Part shown: positions 8,394-17,494 of the stretch, one piece after another
Numbering within the stretch: position 1 is the first letter of the stretch
Layout of the letters: every line of letters begins with the position of its first letter
Assembly: GCA_046706185.1 (NCBI GenBank)
Contig: JBJKPR010000003.1
Span: forward strand, 1,993 to 65,992
Reading direction: 5' to 3'
Length of the DNA stretch: 64,000 bases
From: Candidatus Sysuiplasmataceae archaeon
GTDB lineage: Archaea > Thermoplasmatota > Thermoplasmata > Sysuiplasmatales > Sysuiplasmataceae
Notes under the pieces: model-generated
Seen by the model: the letters and a program-made list of their open reading frames with translations, nothing else
The model's database searches: none
What the model was told of the DNA's origin: nothing
Translations under genes and position numbers: made by a program

Positions 8394-9917
8394 ATGGTCA
8401 AGGAGTATGGCATTTTCGTAGACGGCCGATGGACAGAGGGATCGAGGAGCGAATTCTTTGAAACTGTCAATCCCGCCACGGGCGAAGTGCTTGCCAGGTT
8501 CTCAAAGGGAAACAGGAAGGATGTGGACCTGGCAGTGAGGTCCGCAGAAAAGGGGTTCAGGGTGTGGAAAGAAATACCGGCGCCCATGAGGGGGGAAGTG
8601 CTGTTGAGGGCGGCGCTGAACCTTGAGAAGCACAAGGACGAGCTTGGCTTGCTCGTCACAAGGGAGATGGGGAAGGTCCTGAGTGAAGGTAGAGGGGAAG
8701 TCCAGGAGGCAATTGATTTCTTCAAGTACATGGCTGGCGAGGGGAGAAGGATGTTCGGCGAAACGACACCCTCCGAGCTTCCAGACAAGTTCAACATGAC
8801 GGTGAGGCTTCCCAAGGGACCAGTTGGAATGATTACACCATGGAACTTCCCGGTGTCCATTCCCTCCTGGAAGATGGGTGCGGCGTTGATTGCCGGATGC
8901 TCTGTCGTGCTCAAGCCTGCTACAGACACCCCGCTGTGTGCTGCAAGGTTCGTGGAACTCGTGAACGATGCCGGATTTCCGCAGGGAGTGATCAACCTGG
9001 TGGCCGGAAGCGGCGCAGAGGTCGGTAATCCTCTGATCAACCATCCGGGCATAAGGGCGATATCGTTCACAGGCGGCGTCGCCACCGGGAAGGAGGTCTA
9101 CACGGAGGGGGCAAAGAGGCTCATACAGGTGCACCTTGAGCTTGGGGGCAAGAACCCAGTCATAGTCATGGAGGATGCAAACCTTGACCTTGTGGTCGAT
9201 GGCGTGCTCTTCGGTGCCTTCGGCACTTCCGGGCAGAGGTGTACGGCAACGAGCAGGCTGATAGTCCACGAAAAGGTATTTGACAGGCTCATGTCAAGGC
9301 TCACCGAACGGGTGGAGAAAATGAGGGTCGGCAATCCGGCTGACGAAGGGGTCGACATGGGTCCCGTGATAAACAGGAAGGCAAAGGATTCGATAATGGG
9401 GTACATCGACATAGGCAGGAAGGAGGGAGGAAGAGTGCTTACTGGAGGAGAGCAGCTGGAAGGAGGGGAGTACAGCGGGGGCAACTTCATCCAGCCCACA
9501 ATCATCGAGACGAAGCACGGCTCCAGGATCAGCCTGGAGGAGATATTCGGCCCGGTGCTGTCAGTCATAAAGGTGAAAGGGTTCGAGGAGGCGGTAGGCG
9601 TTGCAAACGGTGTGCAGTACGGCCTGAGCTCTGCAATTTACACCAGAGATGTCAACAGGGCGTTCAAGGCGATACGGCTCCTTGAAAGCGGAATAACATA
9701 CATCAATGCACCCACGATCGGTGCAGAAATCCATCTTCCCTTCGGAGGAGTCAAGAGCACTGGGACAGGGGGAAGGGAGGCGGGCTCCACCGCAATTGAG
9801 GAGTTCACAGAGCTCAAAAGCGTCTTCATTGACTACAGCGACAGGCTCCAGAAGGCGCAGATAGACACCGAAAGCAGGCTGAGGGAAAGAGCGGTGGAGG
9901 CGGAGAAGTCAGAGTAG
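8394..9917 (+). CDS. Aldehyde dehydrogenase family protein
   Basis: ITPWNFP, SFTGG, LELGGKN, GQRCT, EEIFGP, PFGGVK. Confidence 0.95.
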   Translation: MVKEYGIFVDGRWTEGSRSEFFETVNPATGEVLARFSKGNRKDVDLAVRSAEKGFRVWKEIPAPMRGEVLLRAALNLEKHKDELGLLVTREMGKVLSEGRGEVQEAIDFFKYMAGEGRRMFGETTPSELPDKFNMTVRLPKGPVGMITPWNFPVSIPSWKMGAALIAGCSVVLKPATDTPLCAARFVELVNDAGFPQGVINLVAGSGAEVGNPLINHPGIRAISFTGGVATGKEVYTEGAKRLIQVHLELGGKNPVIVMEDANLDLVVDGVLFGAFGTSGQRCTATSRLIVHEKVFDRLMSRLTERVEKMRVGNPADEGVDMGPVINRKAKDSIMGYIDIGRKEGGRVLTGGEQLEGGEYSGGNFIQPTIIETKHGSRISLEEIFGPVLSVIKVKGFEEAVGVANGVQYGLSSAIYTRDVNRAFKAIRLLESGITYINAPTIGAEIHLPFGGVKSTGTGGREAGSTAIEEFTELKSVFIDYSDRLQKAQIDTESRLRERAVEAEKSE

Positions 9918-10490
9918 TCACGCCTTTCCGCGCGATTCTCCCGATGATATTGCACCTGCGAAGATATGCGCAAGCCTGAGGGGCTCCGGATAGTTTCCCC
10001 TGACAATCGAGGCGCCGATCAGCTCCGCGGCGTCTTCGTCCCGTATGCCCTCGCAGCGGGCGAACAGCCTGAAGGCGCCCCCCTCGACCCTGCGCGGCGT
10101 GTAATGCTCAATCAGTTCCATCCTTTCCTTCCAGTCCGGAAAGTGCTTCATGAGTGCATTTCTCATTTCATCCTTGTCCGGCTCGGACCTCGTCACGCTT
10201 ATCACAGGTATTCCCGTTGCCCTGTGAATCAGGGCCAGGTCGTAGACATTGAAGCCACCGCATGCTATGCCGTCGAGCATCACCACCCTGAGCTGTTCCC
10301 GCAGCCTTGATCCGAGTATCGCCTCCACGACCTTCCCCGACGCGTCCCTTCCGTCTACCTCGCAGTCTGTGACTATCGCCCCCTCAACGTAGGAGGGCAG
10401 CCTTGCAATCACCCCTACAAGGGGAACCCTGCCGTCCCTGAAAGTGAAATTCCCGTCGTCAAATGCTATTGCGCGTGTCTGCTTCTTCAA
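9918..10490 (-). CDS. DUF99 (endonuclease V-like) family protein
   Basis: AFDDG, VDGRDA, LDGI..GGFNV.D, PEPLRLAH. Confidence 0.85.
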   Translation of the reverse strand: MKKQTRAIAFDDGNFTFRDGRVPLVGVIARLPSYVEGAIVTDCEVDGRDASGKVVEAILGSRLREQLRVVMLDGIACGGFNVYDLALIHRATGIPVISVTRSEPDKDEMRNALMKHFPDWKERMELIEHYTPRRVEGGAFRLFARCEGIRDEDAAELIGASIVRGNYPEPLRLAHIFAGAISSGESRGKA

Positions 10491-10491
10491 T

Positions 10492-10860
10492 TCACATCAG
10501 TGCCAGTTCACCCGTTACCGGGTCTATGTCCGACTCCTTCGCGGGGCCTATACCCAGGCAGGTCACAGTGCCCGCCGGGATCTCCGTCAGCCCGGCGTCT
10601 GCAATCACGCTGCTTGTAAGCCCTCTTGCCCTTGCAGCATCCCTGAGGAAGAAGAGCTCTTCGAGGCTCTTCACCTTCACAACAACCTTCTTCTGTCCCT
10701 CTGCAAACCACGCGTCGAACACCTTCCTGTTCTTCTCCCTCGAGAGAAGGGAGCAGCTGACGGCAGCGTGAGCGACCTGCACCGCCATTTTCCCGGGCGA
10801 CAGCCTGAGGTCTGTCCTGACAGCCACAACGAGCTTGTAGTCAAACATGCCGTCGTTCAT
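10492..10860 (-). CDS. pth2: Peptidyl-tRNA hydrolase Pth2
   Basis: GKMAVQVAHA, GQKKVVVK, DAGLTEI..GT.TCLGIGP. Confidence 0.95.
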   Translation of the reverse strand: MNDGMFDYKLVVAVRTDLRLSPGKMAVQVAHAAVSCSLLSREKNRKVFDAWFAEGQKKVVVKVKSLEELFFLRDAARARGLTSSVIADAGLTEIPAGTVTCLGIGPAKESDIDPVTGELALM

Positions 10861-11216
10861 CAGCTTCCCCCCTCCTTTCCACCAGGCCCGGGGTACTCGC
10901 CTGCCGACTTGGGTCCGCCGCGGATTAACGGCTTGAGAACTGCTATGAGCAGGAAAGCTGCAGTAACGGCGGCAAGAACCGCGGGAAGCGCATAAAACTG
11001 AAAGGGTAAACCAGTCACCTGCGAAACAAGAAGCAGCATGAACATGACTATCAGTGTGATTGCAAGGCTCAGTCCCGCAGACGAGGTTATGAAATGAGTC
11101 TCGTCATCACGCCAGGGGCTCTTTTTCACCGAGAATGCAAGCAGTGCGGACATACCAGGCAGAAAGAAAAAAAGTGCGGCGATTGCGGGAAGCAGAAGAA
11201 CGGTGATTTCGGTCAT
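10860..11216 (-). CDS. Small membrane protein
   Basis: Three hydrophobic segments; stop overlaps the pth2 start. Confidence 0.7.
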   Translation of the reverse strand: MTEITVLLLPAIAALFFFLPGMSALLAFSVKKSPWRDDETHFITSSAGLSLAITLIVMFMLLLVSQVTGLPFQFYALPAVLAAVTAAFLLIAVLKPLIRGGPKSAGEYPGPGGKEGGS

Positions 11217-11423
11217 TCCAGCATTAAATGATTTTCAATTATAATTGTTTTGCACAGTCCTCCGCGCAGGCAGGTTTCCGGTTGTTTCAGCCATTCAGTC
11301 GGGCAGATATCACTCCGGCAGGCATGGAAACCGGGATACTCATGCCTTATGTGTGCGCAGCGGCACCATGTGAAGCGGGGTGATGGACAATATAATAAAC
11401 AGGAGAGCTGGTTTGACAGCCGG

Positions 11424-13367
11424 ATGAACGGCGATTTCGAGTTGCTCGAAAGGGATGGCCTGGCAAGGATATGCAGGCTGGAGACGGCACACGGCAGGGT
11501 GGAAACGCCGGCACTGATGCCGGTCATCAATCCTAACAGGAAGGTGATCAGCGCAGGAGAGATGAAGTCTCTTTTCGGCACGGAGATGGTGATCACCAAT
11601 TCGTACATAATCTCCAGGAATGAAGATCTCAGGAATGAGGCGATGAGGAAGGGGGTGCACGGTCTTCTCGACTTCGACCGGACTGTGATGACGGACAGCG
11701 GTACTTTCCAGACACACGTCTACTCTGATGTGAGCGTCGACCCTGCGGCGATATTTGAATTCCAGAAGGCAATAGGAAGCGACATTGCCACCGTCTTTGA
11801 TGTTTTCTCTGAACCTGAGTTCTCAAGGAGTCAGGCAGAGAGCGCCGCAGGCATCACTGCAGAAAGGGTAAGGGGCGCGATGGCCGGCGAGAGGGGAAAC
11901 AGCCTTGCCGCGGCAACGGTGCAGGGAGGCCTTTTTCAGGACGTGAGGGAGAGGGCAGCCAGGGATCTGAGTGCAGCAGGTGCCGACTATTTCACAATAG
12001 GCGGTGTTGTCCCGCTGCTCGAGAATTACAGGTTTGCCGACCTTGTGAATGTCATTGTTGCTTCAAAGAGGGGCCTTTCGCCCGGAAGGCCCGTGCACCT
12101 GTTCGGAGCGGGGCATCCGCTCATGCTCCCGCTCGCAGTTCTCCTTGGATGTGATCTGTTCGACTCTGCGTCATATGTCAAGTACGCCTACGACGGCAGG
12201 ATGATGTTCCCGGAGGGTAGCGTTTCCCTCCAGGATATCAGGTACTCCTGGTGCGACTGCCCCGTGTGCAGTGCAACCACCGCAAAGGAGCTGCGGGAAG
12301 CGGAGGCGGGGGAAAGGGTCCGCAGCATCGCAAAGCACAACCTGTATGTTCTCACATCGGAGCTGGGCAGGATAAAGCAGGCCGTACATGACGGCAGCCT
12401 CTGGAACCTTGTGGAGTCGAGGGCGAGAAGCAACCCCCAGCTGTTCGACGCGTATGCGGCGGTTCTTTCACATGGCTCGTACCTGGCCGCGTACGAGCCC
12501 AGGTCGAGAAGGACGGGCGTGAATTTCACTGACAGCCTTTCGCTCAGCAGACCTGACTGCGCCACCTTCCTCTCCCAGGCGTCCACGATCAGGCCCGGGG
12601 CTGGGAAGAAGCTACTTGTTGTGAAGGGGGACAGGCAGTATTTCACTCACTTTGACTTCAGTTCGGCAAAGGAGGGGGAGGACGTGGCATCCATGACGAG
12701 GATAGGCATCTTCCCCCTGCAGCTCACCGAAACTTACCCCCTATCGCAGTCGACGTACTCTTCGTCTCTCCAGTGCGCTGAACAGCCGGATGCATATGCA
12801 TCCAGGTTTGGCTACACTTCGTTCAGGACAGAAGAAGGCAGGTGGAGAAGGGGCGGGAGGCATGCTGACAGGCAGGGGGGCGCGTCGCAGGTCAGGATTG
12901 TGTGCCAGTACCAGTTCGGAGCAAGATGTGCGGAGGCCATCGCAGACGGTGCACTCGAATGCACCTACTCGAAGAACACGGGAAAGCTGAGGACAGTCGC
13001 TAGGGACGGAAAGCAGATCCTTTTCTTCAGGACAGAGGACGGCCTCTTCTCGATAAAATACCACGGTGGGGAAATACTCAAGTCGGCACTGCCGCCGGGC
13101 TCTATGAGGGTTGTCTGCTCGGACGATGCGGTGCCCTTTGTCTCTTCCGGGAGAAGCCTCTTCACCAGGTTCGTCCTTGATGCGGATGAGTCGATCAGGC
13201 CTGGTGATGAATGCCTCGTGGTCGACGGTTCCGACAGGCTGCTTGCCGTTGGAAGGGCTCTTCTGAGAAGGGAGGAGATGCTGTCGTTCAGCAAGGGAGT
13301 GGCTGTCGACGTCAGGGAGGGGCTGCCTTCTTCATCGTCCTCTCTGCAACCTGAAGACAGGAGATGA
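11424..13367 (+). CDS. tgtA: tRNA-guanine(15) transglycosylase (archaeosine TGT) with C-terminal PUA domain
   Basis: ETPALMPVINP, TDSGTFQ, HLFGAGHP, DLFDSASY, CDCPVC zinc site, PUA; start moved to MNGDF. Confidence 0.95.
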   Translation: MNGDFELLERDGLARICRLETAHGRVETPALMPVINPNRKVISAGEMKSLFGTEMVITNSYIISRNEDLRNEAMRKGVHGLLDFDRTVMTDSGTFQTHVYSDVSVDPAAIFEFQKAIGSDIATVFDVFSEPEFSRSQAESAAGITAERVRGAMAGERGNSLAAATVQGGLFQDVRERAARDLSAAGADYFTIGGVVPLLENYRFADLVNVIVASKRGLSPGRPVHLFGAGHPLMLPLAVLLGCDLFDSASYVKYAYDGRMMFPEGSVSLQDIRYSWCDCPVCSATTAKELREAEAGERVRSIAKHNLYVLTSELGRIKQAVHDGSLWNLVESRARSNPQLFDAYAAVLSHGSYLAAYEPRSRRTGVNFTDSLSLSRPDCATFLSQASTIRPGAGKKLLVVKGDRQYFTHFDFSSAKEGEDVASMTRIGIFPLQLTETYPLSQSTYSSSLQCAEQPDAYASRFGYTSFRTEEGRWRRGGRHADRQGGASQVRIVCQYQFGARCAEAIADGALECTYSKNTGKLRTVARDGKQILFFRTEDGLFSIKYHGGEILKSALPPGSMRVVCSDDAVPFVSSGRSLFTRFVLDADESIRPGDECLVVDGSDRLLAVGRALLRREEMLSFSKGVAVDVREGLPSSSSSLQPEDRR

Positions 13368-13539
13368 AATCATCAACTGTCCTAAGGAGGCTCAGCAGGC
13401 TGTCTGATTCGGCCGATGCGGTAATCGAGCCTTCAGATGCGCTTGACGATATGAACTCACCGTTGTCCATCTCAACTGCTTCATGCAGTCGTCGCGCATC
13501 GACGTCGAACTTCATGGTGATGTCGATCCTGTAGTGCAA
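13312..13539 (-). CDS. pcc1: KEOPS complex subunit Pcc1
   Basis: 75 aa; A.SLLSLLRTVDDF..CL.VAE C-terminal signature. Confidence 0.75.
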   Translation of the reverse strand: MHYRIDITMKFDVDARRLHEAVEMDNGEFISSSASEGSITASAESDSLLSLLRTVDDFISCLQVAERTMKKAAPP

Positions 13540-13551
13540 GACTAACGCTCC

Positions 13552-13833
13552 TCAGAGCCTCAGTCCGAATGCAGTTGTAAACTCTTCAACCTTTCTGAAT
13601 TCCTGGAGGAAATATCTCCCCTTCTCCGTTATGGAGTATGACGTCTTGTCGCCATCGCTGTTTTTCGAGATGAGGCCGTTTGATTCGAGCATTCCAAGGT
13701 ACTTCGTCAGCCTGTCGTATGAAAGGTTTGCCTTGTACAGTATATGTGTCGGCTTTGTCTCCCTGTCGGATGATACTGCCCTGAGAATATCGGCGAATAT
13801 GCGCGCCTTGGACCTGTATGCCGACTCAGGCAC
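13552..13833 (-). CDS. Archaeal winged-HTH transcriptional regulator
   Basis: RSK..I..DIL, THILYKANLSY..L..YL, Y.ITEKG. Confidence 0.88.
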   Translation of the reverse strand: MPESAYRSKARIFADILRAVSSDRETKPTHILYKANLSYDRLTKYLGMLESNGLISKNSDGDKTSYSITEKGRYFLQEFRKVEEFTTAFGLRL

Positions 13834-14458
13834 TTCCAGCGTTCCCCCGTTTTGGCTCCCTGACGGAGCGATGCCCTATTGCCATGAAAAGGAGACCGAA
13901 TGAAAGCATCTGCATCACTGCGTAGTACACCGACCCTGCAGCTATCAGCCTTGGTGCAAAGAGAAGAAATGCGGTCAGCGCATGCAGCGCAAAAAGCAGG
14001 GTGAAACTCGCAAGGACAAGAGCGGTTCCTGCCGTAGGAGAGGAGCGGTAGCCCTGCCACACGCTTACCACTACGATTAGGAGCAGTATGACGATGAAGA
14101 GCTCGAACGTGAATGCCAGCAGGACTACTGAGACAAGAGGGAGGAGGGCATCCTCCGGTCTTGGCTTCACGACGTACGCAAGCATCACAAGAAGATAAGC
14201 GATGACCTGAATGAGGTCTACGCCGAAGTAACGGTCAAACAGCCTGCTTGGAGGATAGGCGAGAGATGCCCGGCCTAGGAACCCGAGTGTTGAGAAAAGG
14301 AAATAGATGCAAAGCATCGCGAAGCCGAGAGCGAGAAGCAGAAGGTTCAGGTTCCTTGCGACCTTGTATCCCCTGAATGCCCTGTAGGAAACCATCGCGG
14401 CCACAACGAGCGTTATGGCGGACAGTACCGCCTGCAGCATGTCGAATGTATCCACCAT
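13826..14458 (-). CDS. Multi-pass membrane protein coupled to the wHTH gene
   Basis: About six TM segments; internal repeat L.LALGF.ML / LVLASF.LL; overlaps the wHTH start. Confidence 0.78.
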   Translation of the reverse strand: MVDTFDMLQAVLSAITLVVAAMVSYRAFRGYKVARNLNLLLLALGFAMLCIYFLFSTLGFLGRASLAYPPSRLFDRYFGVDLIQVIAYLLVMLAYVVKPRPEDALLPLVSVVLLAFTFELFIVILLLIVVVSVWQGYRSSPTAGTALVLASFTLLFALHALTAFLLFAPRLIAAGSVYYAVMQMLSFGLLFMAIGHRSVREPKRGNAGSA

Positions 14459-14502
14459 GAGATCAGCGCTTTGAAATCAGGATCCTTCTTGACCCTGTTT
14501 AC

Positions 14503-14515
14503 GTACGATTCGTAC
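14503..14515. promoter_or_regulatory. Inverted repeat in the divergent promoter region (operator candidate)
   Basis: GTACGA-T-TCGTAC perfect 6-bp inverted repeat. Confidence 0.35.
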
Positions 14516-14557
14516 TGACCGGCCATTCCTTCTCGATATATTAAAGATGGTCAATCG

Positions 14558-15031
14558 GTGGAGCAGGTGACAGAAATGGAAACACCTGAAAAAACAGCGA
14601 AGGTGAGCAGGAAGAAGCTGCTTGCGGTGTCGCTCATCGCACTGCTTGCAGTTGGAAGCATCGCCGCAGTCGGAATGGTCGAGGCGGCATCTCCCGGGGC
14701 GCAGGCATCCGTCCTCCAGGGAACGGGGCAGACAAACGGCGAATATCTCGAGATCGTGGTGTGGACACAGGTGAACGGGCAGAAGGTTCCTGTGCCGGGA
14801 GCAAACGTCACAGTATACAGCGCAACCTACGCCGATGGTTCAAACGGCAGCATAACCATAACACTTTCACCAGTTGCGTTGGGCACGACAAACTCGCACG
14901 GTGCAGTCTACTTCAACCTGGCAGACGGAAGGTACGTCGTGATAGCGAACCACGATGGCTCAAGGGGAGCCGCGCTTCTCAACCTGCGCTTCTACACGAC
15001 GAAATTCGTCCATATCGGAGCCTCGCAGTGA
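14558..15031 (+). CDS. Secreted or membrane-anchored protein with prealbumin/carboxypeptidase-regulatory-like beta-sandwich
   Basis: Signal/anchor helix, PVPGANVTVY, GTTNSHG.V.F.L..G.Y.V; start may be 14576. Confidence 0.75.
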   Translation: MEQVTEMETPEKTAKVSRKKLLAVSLIALLAVGSIAAVGMVEAASPGAQASVLQGTGQTNGEYLEIVVWTQVNGQKVPVPGANVTVYSATYADGSNGSITITLSPVALGTTNSHGAVYFNLADGRYVVIANHDGSRGAALLNLRFYTTKFVHIGASQ

Positions 15032-15138
15032 AGCACGAACTGAAATCTCTGCAAAACCGCAAGGAATGCGGTACGCCTGTGCGGCCGCATCCACATTTAT
15101 TTCAGCCGTTCTGGCTGAGATTGACTGTTATTGCACAG

Positions 15139-15276
15139 TCAGTAATAGAGGACCTGGTAGTCCATATCCCTGACTGTCCTGTCAACAATTGCCTTTATGT
15201 CAACATTGAGAACTGATTTGAGCAGATAACGCATACGCAGTCTTTCGCTTTCTGTCAACTTGCCACTCTGAGTCAT
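15139..15276 (-). CDS. Possible 45-aa small protein (not in ORF track)
   Basis: Manual translation MTQSGKLTESERLRMRYLLKSVLNVDIKAIVDRTVRDMDYQVLYY*; TTTATAA shortly upstream; fills an otherwise empty gap. Confidence 0.4.
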   Translation of the reverse strand: MTQSGKLTESERLRMRYLLKSVLNVDIKAIVDRTVRDMDYQVLYY

Positions 15277-15351
15277 CCAAGGAATGGACTGTTATAAAAA
15301 AGGATCATGCTGATTATCCATGAAGTGAACAGGCAGCATTCAGTCCGTCGG

Positions 15352-15663
15352 CTACCTTCTGCGCCTCTGAGGGCGTTCCTGCTGCCTTCTGTCCCTGAAT
15401 TCCCTGTTCTCCTGCTCTTCTGCCTGTGCAAAAGTGTGGAGGTTTCCCATCCAGTACAGCTTCGCGTTTTCCTTGTTGAACTGGGCGCGCTTCTGGACTA
15501 GCGCCATCCTCATCTTCTGCCTGAACTGAAGCGCTTTCGCCTCGTTCTTGCCTGATGGCGTGTCACCTTCCCATAGCCTTTCGAATTGGGTCTCCTTCTC
15601 AGACGGCAAACTAAACACCTTGTCGTCTGAAGGACAACTGTTTGTTTCTTTATACCTTTGCAT
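15352..15663 (-). CDS. Hypothetical charged protein (~103 aa)
   Basis: Codon usage resembles the neighbouring genes; Arg-rich tail; start uncertain. Confidence 0.55.
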   Translation of the reverse strand: MQRYKETNSCPSDDKVFSLPSEKETQFERLWEGDTPSGKNEAKALQFRQKMRMALVQKRAQFNKENAKLYWMGNLHTFAQAEEQENREFRDRRQQERPQRRRR

Positions 15664-15863
15664 TGTTATCCGGGAAGGTGTCGCTCGTGAGTCTGTCCCC
15701 ACATCCGCGTGTCGTGGCGTGACAGGCCGGGAGTGGGCCTGGAATGAGGAGCTGATGAAACAGGCAGGGGGCAGTAGAGCGCACCCGTCATGAGTTGCGC
15801 CCCCGGAAGGCAAAGAACGCTCCGAGAAATGCATGCAGCGGAAATGAAGGGACGGAGGTAGAG

Positions 15864-16811
15864 ATGGCGAATATCGGAGAGGGAAGTGGCAGGAGTGGAA
15901 GGCATTCCATCACCAGAATAGCCACAGCTGTTGTAGTTGTGGCGGCAATACTCTACGGCTTCAGCCTGTTCCTGAACGGCTTCATTCTCAAGAACTATGC
16001 AACGCAGCTTGTCAGCGTCCAGGCATCCATCGTGGCCGTTGTTGTCCTCGCCGTCGGCTATGCAGTCATAACTCTTCTCACCAGGATTCTGCTGGATGTC
16101 CTTTCGAGGAGGACAGGCAAGGCACGGGCGGTGACCATCAAGTACCTCTTCTCACTCGTTGCCTACCTCGTACTTGCTTTCGCAGTTCTAGGAATTCTGC
16201 ATGTGGACCTGTCAGGACTGATCATCGGAAGCGCGTTCACTGCGATAGTTCTCGGCCTCGCCTCACAGACGGTCCTGGCAAATTTCTTTGCGGGCCTGGT
16301 GCTTGTGCTCGCAAGGCCTGTGACCGCAGGAGAAAGGATAACCTTCGCCACCTGGCAGTTTGGAGTGATTGCTCCAGCATACCCGCCGAAGTTCTATTCA
16401 AATGATTTCCTGATCAGCGGGTTCACCGGGGTTGTTGAATATGTTGGCTTTCTCTACGTTGATCTGACGCTCGATGATGGAAGGGGAATCAAGGTCCCTG
16501 CGGGCATCTTCATACAGGCACTGATAACAGTCAATTCCCGCAGCTCAAGGATGAAGGTCAGAGCGAAGTACGAGGTGGAGAAATCTATCGAGCCTTCGTC
16601 TGCACTCGAGGCAGTCAGGAAAGAGGTTGCAGGTCTCGGGTTCATTGCGCCTGGAACCGCACCGGAGGTTTTTGTGTCGGAGACGACGCTAAACACCTAC
16701 GTACTTGCCATAGATGTCATCGCGCTGACGCAGCATGAAGAGCCGGTCAGAAGCGAGGTACTCCAGGCAGTGATGAGGGCAATCACCGAACTCAAGGCAA
16801 GGAAGTCGTGA
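15864..16811 (+). CDS. MscS mechanosensitive channel
   Basis: GLASQTVLANFFAG, RP...GERI; GGAGGT RBS before the ATG at 15864. Confidence 0.9.
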   Translation: MANIGEGSGRSGRHSITRIATAVVVVAAILYGFSLFLNGFILKNYATQLVSVQASIVAVVVLAVGYAVITLLTRILLDVLSRRTGKARAVTIKYLFSLVAYLVLAFAVLGILHVDLSGLIIGSAFTAIVLGLASQTVLANFFAGLVLVLARPVTAGERITFATWQFGVIAPAYPPKFYSNDFLISGFTGVVEYVGFLYVDLTLDDGRGIKVPAGIFIQALITVNSRSSRMKVRAKYEVEKSIEPSSALEAVRKEVAGLGFIAPGTAPEVFVSETTLNTYVLAIDVIALTQHEEPVRSEVLQAVMRAITELKARKS

Positions 16812-16936
16812 CACTTTCGCGGCAGGATGGCAACAGCGCATGGAGCAGGAGAACCCGCTGGGGGATTGTCTGTGTATGGCTAACTGACGGGACAGCACAT
16901 TGTAAATACGGATCAAGGTATAGCCCGGACCCCGTA

Positions 16937-17494
16937 ATGGCAGCAGTTAACAGGGACATCATTGGCAGTTTCTGCAGCAGGTTCGAGTCTCTTGGCGGCA
17001 TTATACACATGACCGAAACAAGAGAGACGGCAGTTGGCATGCTGTCCGACATACTCGGGGGGCACGCTTCAGGAGTGCATCTTCCTGAAAGTCTGAGGCA
17101 GGAGATTTCAGGCAGGCTGAAGCAGGCCGGGGTCCATGTTGAGGAGGAAAGGGGGCCGCAGGATTATTCAGCTCCAGGCGCGGGCGTCACGGAGGCGCAG
17201 TACGCTGTTGCGTCGGCGGGTTGCATGGTCGAAATTGCGTACGATGAGAGCACCCGTCTTGCGTCGTCTGCAACGCTCCTTCACATTGCGCTGCTGGATT
17301 CGGGAAATGTCGTTGAATCTCTTGCTGATATTGCACCCATCGTCAGGGAGGCGCTGAGCGTGAAGGGACGCAAGCCCACGATAACGCTAATAAGCGGACC
17401 CTCAAGGACGTCCGATATAGAGCTGAAGGATGTCGTGGGAGTCCACGGCCCCAACGAGGTGCATGCAGTTGTCTACGGAGGGGGGAGTCGATGA
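16937..17494 (+). CDS. LutC/YkgG-like LUD-domain protein
   Basis: ISGPSRTSDIE...V.GVHGP. Confidence 0.88.
   Translation: MAAVNRDIIGSFCSRFESLGGIIHMTETRETAVGMLSDILGGHASGVHLPESLRQEISGRLKQAGVHVEEERGPQDYSAPGAGVTEAQYAVASAGCMVEIAYDESTRLASSATLLHIALLDSGNVVESLADIAPIVREALSVKGRKPTITLISGPSRTSDIELKDVVGVHGPNEVHAVVYGGGSR

Noticed and set aside
8130-8400. tRNA-Leu as an integration site
   Set aside because: No integrase and no duplicated tRNA 3' end noticed; the flanks are housekeeping-type genes
13312-13367. 56-bp convergent overlap of tgtA and pcc1
   Set aside because: The overlap covers only a low-complexity TgtA tail; common in compact genomes
15745-15815. CTGATGA followed by GGGGC/GCCCC pairing, resembling a hammerhead ribozyme core
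   Set aside because: No properly placed stem II-GAAA or stem I/III pairing
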